Origin: Octopus vulgaris
Lineage: Eukaryota
Direction of reading: 5' to 3'
NCBI GenBank assembly: GCA_951406725.2
Contig: OX597822.1
Span: 93,620,001 to 93,684,000, forward strand
Length of the DNA stretch: 64,000 nucleotides
This document shows positions 26,355 to 37,810 of the stretch, piece by piece. The notes beneath the pieces were generated by a model that saw only the letters and a list, made by a program, of their open reading frames with translations, did no database searches and was not told the DNA's origin. The position numbers and the translations under genes were made by a program. Numbering within the stretch: the stretch's first letter is position 1; each line of letters starts with the position of its first letter.

Positions 26355-26407
26355 CATACTTTATTTTGTAGCCGAAAGATTACTGAATGTTTTGATATAT
26401 ATGTATA

Positions 26408-26446
<39 letters not shown>

Positions 26447-26485
26447 TTATATCAAAACATTCAGTAATCTTTGCTACAAAATAAA

Positions 26486-26490
<5 letters not shown>
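26355..26490. repeat. Inverted repeat (about 42-bp arms) enclosing a (TA)n tract
   Basis: CTTTATTTTGTAGCCGAAAGATTACTGAATGTTTTGATAT ... ATATCAAAACATTCAGTAATCTTTGCTACAAAATAAAG. Confidence 0.85.
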
Positions 26491-26530
<40 letters not shown>

Positions 26531-26577
26531 GTGTGCGCGTGTGTATATGGATGTATATATATATATATGTATGTATG

Positions 26578-26625
<48 letters not shown>

Positions 26626-27357
26626 CACTCACACACACACTTGTATATAAATATGTGTTTGCGTGTGTGTGTGTATGTGTATGTCTGTTTATTTGTATGC
26701 ATGAATGGAAACTGTGAACTCTCAGTAGTAAGTCACCCAGTGGTATAACCAGTACTATTTTCCTGGTAATTTTTCTCAATGAAACCATCATCAGAAGGGC
26801 GTTCACTTTGCAACTCAACGTTCCTGAAAATTACAATTTATTGCAAAGATGTGGCTGACTCTTGCAACGATGAAAATTGTATCTGTCATATGATTTCACA
26901 ACGGTTCCTTTGCTTCTTTCTGTCTATATTTTCTTTGTCTTCTTTCTTTCGGCTTTTTTCTCTTTGTTTCTTTCTTTCCCCTGTGCCCACCACTTTGAAA
27001 CTCAAAAGAAAAAAATACATTGTGCAAACTGTCATAAATATATATAAAGATATTTGTAGAAAGTTGTGTATTTTTCTACACATATTTGCACGCTTGTGAA
27101 CATAAGTTTACATACTTATAACGCTAGCAGACATTGGATGTGTGTGAGTGTCTGTATGTGTTTATGCGCGCACGTGCTTGTGTGTGCGTGTTTGTGTATG
27201 TATACACTCACAAATATACAATCCCAGGAAAGGGAAGAATGCTACAGCTATTTAGCCCCAGGAAACATCGTTTCCAGTTGGCTATGTGACACAAGCGTTG
27301 TGTCCTTAAGTTTTCAAACAGGGGAGATAAGCACCTCCACTCAGCAATGCCAGCATT

Positions 27358-27396
27358 CAGAGACTAGTTTCAGAGTCATTGCTCTTCATCAGTCTG
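27358..27396 (-). ncRNA. Minimal hammerhead ribozyme motif
   Basis: Minus strand CAGA-CTGATGA-AGAG-caatga-CTCT-GAAAC-ta-GTC-TCTG: intact core, stems I and II paired, palindromic stem III ACTAGT. Confidence 0.8.
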
Positions 27397-27429
27397 GAGT
27401 AGCTTGGCTTGCTAGCTGTAAAGCTACTC

Positions 27430-27468
27430 CAGACTGAAGAAGAACAATGACTCTGAAACTTGTCTTTG
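27430..27468 (+). ncRNA. Minimal hammerhead ribozyme motif (sister arm)
   Basis: CAGA-CTGAAGA-AGA-acaatgac-TCT-GAAAC-tt-GTC-TTTG. Confidence 0.65.
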
Positions 27469-27765
27469 AACGCTAGCATTACTGGGTGGAGGGGCTTATC
27501 TCCCCTATTTGAAAACTTAAGGACACGGAACGCTTGTGTCACTTAGCCAACTGGAAACGATGTTTCCTGGGGCTAAATAGCAGTAACATTCTTCCCTTTC
27601 CTGGGTTTGCCACATGAAGTTGGCAACAAACCATCACTTTATCATGCTGCTACTGTATAAGTCTCTCTGAGAGATTTAGAAATGCAATATTTCTAATTTT
27701 ATATATATATATATATGTATATGTGTCTGTGTGTGTGTATTATATATAATATATATTATATGTTA

Positions 27766-27840
<75 letters not shown>

Positions 27841-27972
27841 AATAATTTAAAGGGATATATACTGCTCGATAACATAAGGGACTATCAATATATATATATA
27901 CCGTCACGGTGCCCTAAACCTGTTTCCGCTCATATATACGGTGTCGAGCCTTTCTGTGACGTATATATATAT

Positions 27973-28058
<86 letters not shown>

Positions 28059-28690
28059 TATATATAACTTATATATACATATGTACGCTATTATTTATGT
28101 ATACGTATGTATACAAGTATATATGTATTCTTGTACTTACGTACGTATGCATGTAGTGTATGTATGTATGTATGTATGTATGTATGTATGTATGTATGTA
28201 TGTATGTATGTATGTATGTATGTATGCATGTATCCAGTGGAAAAGGAAATGGAATGCCTGTTAACGATACTTGTCTACCGCCATCGGTATCAGCTGCAAA
28301 ATTAATCAACACAATACTCATTGTTGTGTTTGTGTCATTTTTTTTTCTTAAACTAAACCGTCTGTGTTCGTATTTAACCCTATTTCAAACTTAGGCTGAT
28401 CAAATCGGTCGGTTTACATTTATCAACACGACATTACCACACACCAAAAATAAGGTAACGCTTTTTCTAGATTTCTGTGTCGTTGTTTGTGAAAGCCTCG
28501 TTCGAGAACTCCCCATAGAGTCAACACAAAATATGCTGAAATGGACCCGTATGATATCAGAATGTTATATGTTTTTGGTGGAAGAGAATTAATCCCAAAC
28601 TTTCTTTTAGTACATTGTTAAAAATAACATCCTCTTCGAATTATCCTCCTCCTCCTTCTTCTTGTGGTTATTATTATTATTATTATTATT

Positions 28691-29426
28691 CAGTAGTTTT
28701 ATTTTATAGCGTGCTTTCACTTCACTACCGAGCGCAGCTCTGTGTGCCTTGGGTATGTGCTGTGATCTGCTGTGATGCTCTGATGGTTATTGTATGGAAA
28801 GTGTTCTGCGTAGGATGTGTGCAATGCCTAGTAGTGCAATTTTCTGTATGTTATATGTGTTTGTAAGTCCTCGTGTTTTTGTTATGTATTCGTCTGAATA
28901 TTTTTTTATCATGCCTAATGCTCCTACTATGATAGGAATTGTTTCTGTTTTCAGATTCCACATTCTAGTTACCTCTATTTCCAGGTCTTTGTATTTTGAG
29001 AGTTTCTCCATTTCTTTTAGAGACACGTTGTCATCAGCCGGTATTGATACATCAATTAGAAAGCATTTTTTTTTCTTCATGATCTCTGACAACTATATCT
29101 GGTCTGTTGGCCTTAATTTCTCTATCTGTGTGTATCGGCATATCCCAGAGTATGGTTGCTTTCTCGTTTTCTGTGACCTTTTCTGGTGTGTGCCTATACC
29201 ATCTTTTTTCTGTTGTTATTCCATAATGTTGGCATAGCTTCCAATGTATGTAGGTTCCAACTCTGTCATGTCTGTGAATATATTCCTTCTTAGCCAGGAC
29301 TGGGCAGCTAGAGATAATATGATTTATTGTTTCTTGTCCATCTCCACATATTCTGCAGTTACTTGTAATATTTCTTTTCATTACATGTTTTTGGTAATTT
29401 CTGGTGGGGAGGCTTTGGTCTTGTGC

Positions 29427-29428
<2 letters not shown>
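28691..29428 (-). mobile_element. Young R4/Dong-type LINE 3' fragment within a (TTA)n array
   Basis: ORFs 29052-29537 and 28787-29092: IAQDQSLPTRNY..CRICGDGQETINHIISSC..RHDRV..RPDIVVRD..CFLIDVSIP..KYKDLEIE..PIIVGALG..ALLGIAHILR; one frameshift at an A-run. Confidence 0.9.
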
Positions 29429-29486
<58 letters not shown>

Positions 29487-29574
29487 GATAGACGTCGCAC
29501 AGAATACAATATCGTGAGGTTGTTGATTTTGTGCCAAAATGTTAAAAAATCTTTGTTATTGTTATTATTATTAA

Positions 29575-29852
29575 GATGTCTCGTAGTATCAAACATTTGT
29601 CGGCGATTGAAGATATTGTGTCTACCAGGGGTTTGTACTGTTTGGCAAGTCGCAACAAGCACCTCGGACAGACAGTACTTTAAGCAATATACGTGCAGTT
29701 CCAAGTAATGCCGGCTGTTGCAATACATCTAGATTGTAGGGTATTTCTAAAGTTTTCAGATGTTTTTTTCAGATTGGGTGGTATTGAACCCAATGTTCCG
29801 ATGACAATAGGGATAAACTTTATGTTTGACTCTCGTAGCTGCCACATCTTAT
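29575..29852 (-). mobile_element. 3' end of another R4/Dong-type family
   Basis: Minus strand [32 protein letters not shown], a short UTR, then an (AAT)n tail. Confidence 0.7.
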
Positions 29853-29907
29853 GTGTTTATCTGCATCACCATCTCTATATATGTGTAGTGTAAATACATG
29901 CATGTAC

Positions 29908-30118
<211 letters not shown>

Positions 30119-30127
30119 GATATATAT

Positions 30128-30363
30128 ATCACCGTGACCGACCAGGCTATCAGATGTTGCTACACATCGCTGGTCACAATGTGCTTCGCATTGTTTTAGC
30201 CTTCAAATGACGCCAATCCGCTGGCTAAGCGAGAAGGCCGACAGAAGAAAGAGTGGGAGAAAGTTGTGGCAAAAGAGTACAGCAGGGATCGCCACCACCC
30301 CTCTACCGGAGCCTCGTGGAGCTTTAGGTGTTTTCGCTCAATAAAACTCACAACGCCCGGTCC
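30128..30363 (-). mobile_element. SINE with a family C body and an RTE-derived 3' tail (head missing)
   Basis: 30240-30363 aligns to 32221-32340; 30128-30185 aligns to the RTE 3' end at 59010-59065. Confidence 0.7.
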
Positions 30364-30765
30364 GTTAGAAATGGATGCGTGCGTTCTGTCGTGTAATAAC
30401 AAATTAATAAATAAAACATATGCATATATACATACATATATATACGTACCTACATCTACATGTATATATACATGCATATATGGGTACAGGACACCAAAAA
30501 AACGTCGAACACAATGAGAAACGAAAACATAAACACAAAACCAAGGAGCTGGACATTTTTCTTAAACAACGAAAAAATAGAGTACATGACAAATAACACA
30601 AGTAAAATTCCCCTTCTTCAGTCGCCATGGTTTCATCTACTCTGCGTTTCGAAGGTGAAGGCGAGACGCAACATCGACTGAAACATTCCTTCCCGCGAAA
30701 AATAAATAAAATAAAATTTGAGATTTTTTTGCGGAGAGGTAAAAATGGTAACAAATATATATATA

Positions 30766-30826
<61 letters not shown>

Positions 30827-30903
30827 AGGTCCCGGGTTGAGTCGGGGTTAACCACAGTAAATAAGGTACTCAATACATAGCAGAGTAAATTAATTTATTT
30901 TAT

Positions 30904-31012
30904 AGAAGGAGCTTCTACAGGACTAGAACTGTTTCATTCAAAAGAAATCATCAGGAAGCTTCCTGATGATTTCTTTTGAATGAAACAGTTCTAGTCCTGT
31001 AGAAGCTCCTTC

Positions 31013-31013
<1 letters not shown>
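30904..31013. repeat. Perfect 110-bp palindrome with no spacer
   Basis: AGAAGGAGCTTCTACAGGACTAGAACTGTTTCATTCAAAAGAAATCATCAGGAAG followed by its exact reverse complement; centre AAGCTT. Confidence 0.95.
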
Positions 31014-31090
<77 letters not shown>

Positions 31091-31417
31091 AATCTATAAT
31101 GGCTCGTTAGGTGAGCATGACCATTGCTGACAGGTAAGTTCAAGATATCCAATTGAGTAGAGTACCAGGTTACACCTTCACCTAGTGGGATGCCTTAACA
31201 AAGACCGGGGATCCTTCACTCCAACTGAGTTTACTAGGTCCTCGTGCACCAATCCGAATATTTCTAGGTTCCGTTGCTCATAAGCTAGTCAACCCATAGC
31301 TGAGACCCTGACAGGTGCTATTACTCAGGGCCAGAGTTTATCTGGAGACAATAGCGGTTGAGAGGTGGTTCCACATTCCTGAAAACCCTGAAAATCCTCA
31401 ATCAGATTAAGCTTTAT

Positions 31418-31483
<66 letters not shown>

Positions 31484-31492
31484 TTATATATA

Positions 31493-31623
31493 CAGGGTGT
31501 CCCAAAAAAATGTATACACATAGTGGTTCGACAAAAGAGAACGATAGAATAAGTACTAGGCTTACAAAGAATAACAAATTTACAATTATTTAAGGTGTGT
31601 ATACATTTTTTTGGGACACCCTG
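31493..31623. mobile_element. Tc1/mariner-type MITE containing a SINE fragment
   Basis: 28-bp TIR CAGGGTGTCCCAAAAAAATGTATACACA, TA flanks; interior 31521-31574 matches the family A SINE 3' part. Confidence 0.85.
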
Positions 31624-31879
31624 TATATATACTTCCATATATATTTATACATGCATATTTACAAACATATACATTCTACATAGATATACACATACTGTGT
31701 TATACTGATGTTGAAAATAATTCACAAACTCTTATCCATAGTTTCACGTAACCGATCATCAGACAGTCGTATTTTGCTCAATACTATACTCTAAATATGT
31801 GTACAAATGTACATTTTTTCTCCACTTGTTTTGCAACTACGTGCTCGTGTGTGTGTGTGTGTGGGTGTAAAGACAACGG

Positions 31880-32485
31880 GACTGCACTCTTCGAAGATAC
31901 ACGAACCAATACAAAACAACGCTGAAAGCCGCTGAACTTGAGCCTAAATCGTTTGAAACACAAGCCTGTGATTGTGCCAAGCTGCAGTGTTCCATCACTA
32001 TCGAAACCAAAACCTTCGAAGCCACCAGAAGAAAAAAGGAAGAAATTAAAGGACGGAGAAGAAAAGCTCGACAAAATCAAATTCGTCCTTCACTAACATT
32101 ATCATATCTGTTCCTTCTCGGTCCACGTCTGGCTCATAAGGGCCGGTTTCCCGGTTTCCTTGGCGTATAGGTTCCCCACCTGGACTGGACGCCGGTCCGT
32201 CGCTGGTGAGCTGCAAGATGCAGGAGGAAAGAGTGAGATAAAATTGTGGCGAAAGAGTCAGCAGAAGTTCACCATTTCCTTCTGTCGGAGCCGCGTGGAG
32301 CTTAGGTGTTTCACTCATAAACACACACATCGCCCGGTCTGAGATTCGAACCCGCGATCTTTCGACCGCGAGTCCGCCGCTCTAACCACTAGGCCATGTG
32401 CCTCCACTAACATTATCATGCAGTCAACGTCATCGACTTTTCTATGCAAAAGTTGGTCTACAGAGTCATCAACGTTGTCATCATA
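31880..32485 (+). mobile_element. RTE-type LINE 3' fragment interrupted by a SINE
   Basis: RYTNQYKTTLKAAELEPKSFETQA..FEATRRKKEE..RRRKARQNQIRPSLTLS | CSQRHRLFYAKVGLQSHQRCH reads through once the insert is removed. Confidence 0.7.
32106..32407 (-). mobile_element. tRNA-derived SINE (family C), full length with TSD
   Basis: Minus head GTGGAGGCACATGGCCTAGTGGTTAGAGCGGCGGACTCGCGG..GGGTTCGAATCTC (A and B boxes); flanked by (CAC)TAACATTATCAT at 32091-32105 and 32405-32419. Confidence 0.9.
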
Positions 32486-32524
32486 AAAGAAGCGTTCAGC
32501 AAAGAAAATAAATACTCGGATACA

Positions 32525-32601
<77 letters not shown>

Positions 32602-33289
32602 TAAATGAGTAGAAATCGAACCGGTGAGTTTATTAAGTAACAAGGCACTAAAAAGAATGACTCTCCCCAGACACAATAATATATACATACATACATACAT
32701 ACATACATACATACATACATACATACATACATACGTATGTACCGAAATATTTACCAACGAACAGGGAGAATACATAACACCTCTACTTTACTAATACCCC
32801 ATCAGAAAAGGAAAAAAAATTAATCACCTCAGTACATTATCACATTTTCAATGGAAGTTTTAGTAAGAAGGGCAGCTAAAACTTGCAAGAAAAACCACCT
32901 CCGCCACTTGACCTCTCTCCGAATTCGACACTAGCTATAAACTTCAATGAAAACGATGACTGATATGAAGGTTTCAAATGACATGAAAGTAATTTTCTTT
33001 TAAAAGTATGAAGAATAATATTGCAGGTGTATTTATTGATGGCTGAGTTAATGATTTGTAAATTAATACGGTTTCGTAAGGTTCCGTTGTCACTATCTGT
33101 AGCAGTGTTTCTTAATCTTTTTATATATTTTTTCTGTTTTGGGCCTACATTCTCTTAGATTATCCAAATAAACTTGTACTCCATCATGAAAGGACAGAGA
33201 ACATGCATGCATACATACATACATACATACATACATACATACGTACATACATACATACATACATACATACACACTTGCGTGCATGGATT

Positions 33290-33347
<58 letters not shown>

Positions 33348-33348
<1 letters not shown>

Positions 33349-34500
33349 TGAGGTGGGCACCGTTAATCGAAAAGTTAACTTCGTTAATCGTTAATCCGTT
33401 AACGTTAACTTGTATTGAAAAAGACATATTTACAGTTTAATATCCCACCGAAATTCTTAATGCATCTTCTCTGTTTGATTTGTTACGAAAATTATCCCAG
33501 ATGGCAACCGACAAAAATTTTACCACTTTTCAAGATGATGTACATTAATTTGAATTAATTAAAATACAAGTATAATCGGTACAAGATTTTATTCTTTTGG
33601 TAAATATTTCGTACCTCGGTGTGGATTACCTTTTTTCCACGGTTGTTTTCGGGTGCATTCAACTTATCTGACCTCCAAACCCACTTTTTTCCGGAAGAGA
33701 AAGGTGGGAGGGATGGTGGATATCTCGAAGTTTCCCACCAAAGGAGTTTTGTTTCGCGGGTCATTTTTTCTTTTCCAGGTTATTTTGCATGCTTTCAACG
33801 AATGTGACATCGAAATCACGCGTAAACGGTACCTTTTTCTAGAAAAGGCAAGATTTGACTACTATTCCTAGCATTCCCTGTTACCACGTAACAGCTATTT
33901 GCGTTCATACCGAAATATTTACCAGCCTTTTTCCTTCCATTTATTTTTTCCACTTTATGGAAGTCAATATTTTCTCTGTTGACATCCATCTCAGTTAATT
34001 TTGCTTTTCTCCTAGTTCTGTGCTTTGTGGAAGAAAAGCCCTGACATTGACTCAAAGCTACGAGAATTCACTAATGTGATTTGTTTATTTTTTAACAGAT
34101 TTCGTAGAGGAATTAGATACAACGGGTTTTGGCCGATTTAAACTATAAAATCAGCTTTTCGGCCTTTTCGAGGGCTTTAGAACCCAAAAACTATGGGTTT
34201 TTAGAGTTTTTTTCGCTTTAGAGTTGAAAAATGCTAATTTTATAGTTTTAAATTTTAAAGAGCCTAAAAAATGGCTGAAAGAATGACGCGTACAATATTA
34301 AATATGCTAAGACAATCTAAAAACATTTCTAAATTCATTGGTGTAAAGTATTGTCGAAAATCATTAAAAGCATAAACTGCTGAGCTGAAGATGTTGGACG
34401 TTGGTAACAAAAGTCTACAGTTCAGATATTGCTGAGGTGAAATTTTTATCTTTTTGTGTTTTTTCAAACAAATTGAAGCAAAAATCATCATCTCCTACAT
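33348..34500 (-). mobile_element. hAT transposon remnant (terminus plus C-terminal dimerisation domain), possibly with another insert inside
   Basis: Terminus CTGAGGTGGGCACC with GTTAA subterminal repeats; ORF 34264-34491 YLNCRLLLPTSNIFSSAVYAFNDFRQYFTPMNLEM resembles the hAT dimerisation motif with a small deletion. Confidence 0.55.
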
Positions 34501-34859
34501 GTAAATCAGACTATTGTGACGTGTCTGTCACCACTTTCAGCTGATGTAGAGCAGCCACTGCATCCGCAGTTAGCTCTGCTTCTGGATGTTGTAAAACTTT
34601 CACGACTCCATTTTCAAAATTTGAACTGTACACAATGGCGGCGATGAAAGCAAATATTTTAAAAACTCCTCGTAAGGATACAATGCGAGAATTTCGTCCA
34701 TCAATGCTATCATATCAATTAATTGATATGATAGCTGTCAATTATTTAATTGTCAGTACGCCTCCAATCAATTAATTGGACCAATATATTGCAATTAATT
34801 TTTCATCAATTCATTTTTTTACAACTCCTGGCCACCGCTCCTCGGATCACAAAACTAGG

Positions 34860-36180
34860 AATTCTTCCATTCTGTTGCCAGTTGCCGTAAACGTTTGCTA
34901 AGAGGTCGCCGAACAAGACTGGCATGTAAACGTAAAGCTCATAGGACAGACCATCCAAACCAGGCTATTTATTGACCCCTCGTGCAGTTAGCTATTGCTT
35001 CCCATATTTCAAAAGCTGTTATCGGCCTTTCGCAGCGCTCCGTCGCCGAGAACCGCGACAATCCGTCGAGATAGGACGTGAAATCTATCCTGCGACCCGG
35101 ATCACCGCTGCTCCCGAACAGTTGAGCGAAGCGCCGCTGAAAAGCCATACACATCTGTCTCGGATCAGTTGTCATTTGCCCGTCGTGGTCCGGCAAAGAT
35201 CGGATCGTGGATTTATTGTCAAGCTGTGCATCTGCCACTCGGGCCCATTGAACGACTTTCGTCTCTTCGTGTCTAAGTACTCGTGCCTTAGCTCTAACAA
35301 CGCAGTCTTTGTGTTTTCCGTTGAAGAATTGGTCGAGTGCCTATCTCGCTGCGAGCATGTCGGTCGCGATGCCTTTTGTAAAAGCCTCGTCTAACTTTTT
35401 GACTAGCCCTGCCTCTGCTCTTTTTCTTTCTACTTTTAACTTTTTGCTAAACCTTACGATTCTATTCTAATCGCCCTTTTCAGGGCAACGAACCAGTTAT
35501 TGTTGATTATTGCCCCCTTCAATGACCTCTTAACTATGCTATCCTTATCTGATACTCTACAGAATACCCTATCAAGATACGATTTGGATGACCCGATGCG
35601 GTTTGATCAGGTCCACACTGGCACATCCGGAAAATCCAGTCGATACCTATCAGGCAGTTGGAATCGTCTGAGTAGATTTGCGTAGCTTTTACACACTCCT
35701 CTCCTATCTGCTAAACCTACACAGTCTCACCTTACATTTGAAATTCCATTCCAATCCTCCACTAACACTAAAGAGCGGGACGTTTCCAGGAAGGTTTTCA
35801 GACGTCTGAAGAAATCTGGTCGTCCTGTCCCCGTCGGAGCATAGACGGCAACTAACCTGAAAGTATGTCATTCTCTTCCTGTCACGTCCGGGACCACCAA
35901 CTTCCGGATCCAGGAAGATCGTCCTTATTGCAAGATTCAGATTTTTCCGAACCATCACGGTGACTTCGCCTCTCGCTCCCGGACGATTTGGAGATGCATA
36001 TACCACACAGTCACCTAAAATGGATCAGAAGTCCCGTGAGTCGGAAATTCTGGTTTCACTAACGGTTACCACGTCGACATTCAGTGCCCTGAGGTCGTTG
36101 AGCAGGTGACCCCGCTTCCAAGGCCGACCCCAGGTCACGTACATTCAGGCTGCCTATTCTATCCACAACCATGTTGCCGG
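34860..36180 (-). mobile_element. Decayed Tx1/L1-clade LINE ORF2 (AP endonuclease to start of RT)
   Basis: Minus frames: SLNV..LLNDLRALNVDVVTVSETR..LVAVYAP..DFFRRL..LVLVEDWN; downstream PGLDGLSYELY..LLANVY. Confidence 0.8.
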
Positions 36181-37184
36181 AAAAAGAAAAGTAAAGAAAA
36201 AGAAAACTTACTTGGTTTCGTTTGGAGAGGCGGATTTCCCGTCCCTCCTGTTGGCTTGGGGTGTTTCCAACAGTAAATCACTAAGAATTCTCTTGGTGAT
36301 ATTCTCTGGAAAATCTCCAATTTCCTGTGGGAATTGGATTTTTAAGCGTGTGTATGTATTTTGTGTTGTTTGAACGATTTGTATGTGTGCAGGTAGGGAG
36401 ATTCTAGGTGTGACAAAATTGTCTGGTGTAATGTTCGGGTGTTATTATGTACTTCATAAATTCATTGTTTTTATTGTAATAATAATAATGGTTTCCAGCA
36501 TAAAACCAAATATCACTGAAATTCCCTGCCCGTGTTTCCACTCATTCATCTAGAGAAGTTGAAACGAGAACTCAATCGAATCGAATTCACAAAATGTGGA
36601 AGTTGTGGCCTATACAAGATATAAGCACCGCCCCTCTTTGACTAGAGTAAAAAATAAATTGACATAAGATTCATGTTTTTGTGGATACCAATAACGAAGT
36701 AGCTACAACAATTATATCGCCACTCACCCTAACATACTTGACATACAGTTGTAGTTGAAGCAGTATTAGTAGCAATAATAGTAGCAGAAGCAAAAGTAAT
36801 CGAGACATACACCAACTTTACTGCACCAAAGATGACTGAAATTCTATTATAAAACTATCAATCAATGCAACCAAATTAAATAAGTTTCATTAAAACCTAA
36901 AACTGTATCACTTTCAAAACTTGTTTTAAGCATCTTTTTCCCCTTCTATCTAAATTAATCCGCTTTAAAAAGTCACTTTTTATAACTTTGGAGCTACAAA
37001 TCTCAGTAGAGATAAATACCCAGTTTCTTTTTCTTGTTTCTCTTTTTTCTTTTTTCTTTTTTTTTTGTTTACCTTTTCAAAACAGTGATAAAAGCTTTAT
37101 AATTACGATTAATAAAATATATTTCATGTAGTTCTATTAAGAAGAAAATTAATAGGCTGGTCAACGCTGAAGTCTAGAGGGTTA

Positions 37185-37624
37185 GGATCTTTTCGGTTTG
37201 AACGGCAGTTTTTTAAAATAATTTCCACGTAACTAAACACTTTTAAACTTCGTATACTGGTAGAATGTGTTTATAAAACATCTTTTTCTCTTGGCTTCAT
37301 TGAGAAAATTCTATAGTTTGTAAGATATTTGTTGTTGCTTTTTCTTCAATTTCTGCAATTTCAACCAATCAATGCCGTCTATTGAGGTGAAAACATTTTG
37401 TGCCGTATGAATATGTCCCTCGTTTAAGAAACAGATTGGGTTTATTTACATTTCTGAAGAAAAAAAAGACACCCTTCCCCCCACCTCTAACCCTAACCCT
37501 AACCATAACTAACCCTAACCCTAAAACAGATTGAAATGCAATAGATCGATACTAGGGTCATAATTATGGGTGACAATTTCATATGACACCGCTAGAAAAA
37601 CTGCCGTTCAAACCGAAAAGATCC
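37185..37624 (+). mobile_element. MITE with GG-start TIRs, 8-bp TSD and internal (CCCTAA)n
   Basis: TIR GGATCTTTTCGGTTTGAACGGCAGTTTTT at both ends; TSD GAGGGTTA at 37177-84 and 37625-32; second copy at 63272-63692. Confidence 0.92.
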
Positions 37625-37639
37625 GAGGGTTAATTTAAT

Positions 37640-37810
37640 CCGTACATTTATGCAGAGTGATCGTAAATTTAAGCATGATTCGTTAATTTATAGCCTATAC
37701 AGAGCAATTCGTTAGTTTATGCAGAGTGATCGTTAATTTATGCAGAATAATCATTAATTTATGGAAAGTGATCTTAATTTAGGTAGAGTGATCGTTAATT
37801 TATGAACAGT
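37640..37810. repeat. Degenerate minisatellite, about 21-bp unit GTGATCGTTAATTTATGCAGA
   Basis: About 7-8 imperfect tandem units. Confidence 0.8.

Larger units (their letters stand above)
27223..27605. repeat. Long fold-back inverted repeat (about 184-bp arms, 15-nt loop), Penelope-like terminal structure
   Basis: CCCAGGAAAGGGAAGAAT..GGAGTAGCTT (27223-27405) pairs with AAGCTACTCC..ATTCTTCCCTTTCCTGGG (27421-27605) with scattered mismatches. Confidence 0.9.

Noticed and set aside
30600-30660. GAAAC ... CTGAAGA / CTGATGA on the minus strand (also 43380-43435) as a type II hammerhead
   Set aside because: Both core halves occur in two repeat copies, but I could not build consistent stems I and II; left as an unclassified repeat family (30366-30755, 43085-43520).
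32340-32407. tRNA-like sequence (also at the heads of family A, B and D copies)
   Set aside because: Continues into SINE bodies with tails and TSDs; no complete acceptor stem was seen, so these are not tRNA genes.
37487-37524. CCCTAA repeats as a telomere or chromosome-fusion scar
   Set aside because: Only a few units, and they lie inside a TIR/TSD-bounded MITE present twice.
37640-37810. CRISPR-like array (also 58600-58690)
   Set aside because: Tandem degenerate units without unique spacers, no cas genes, eukaryotic context.
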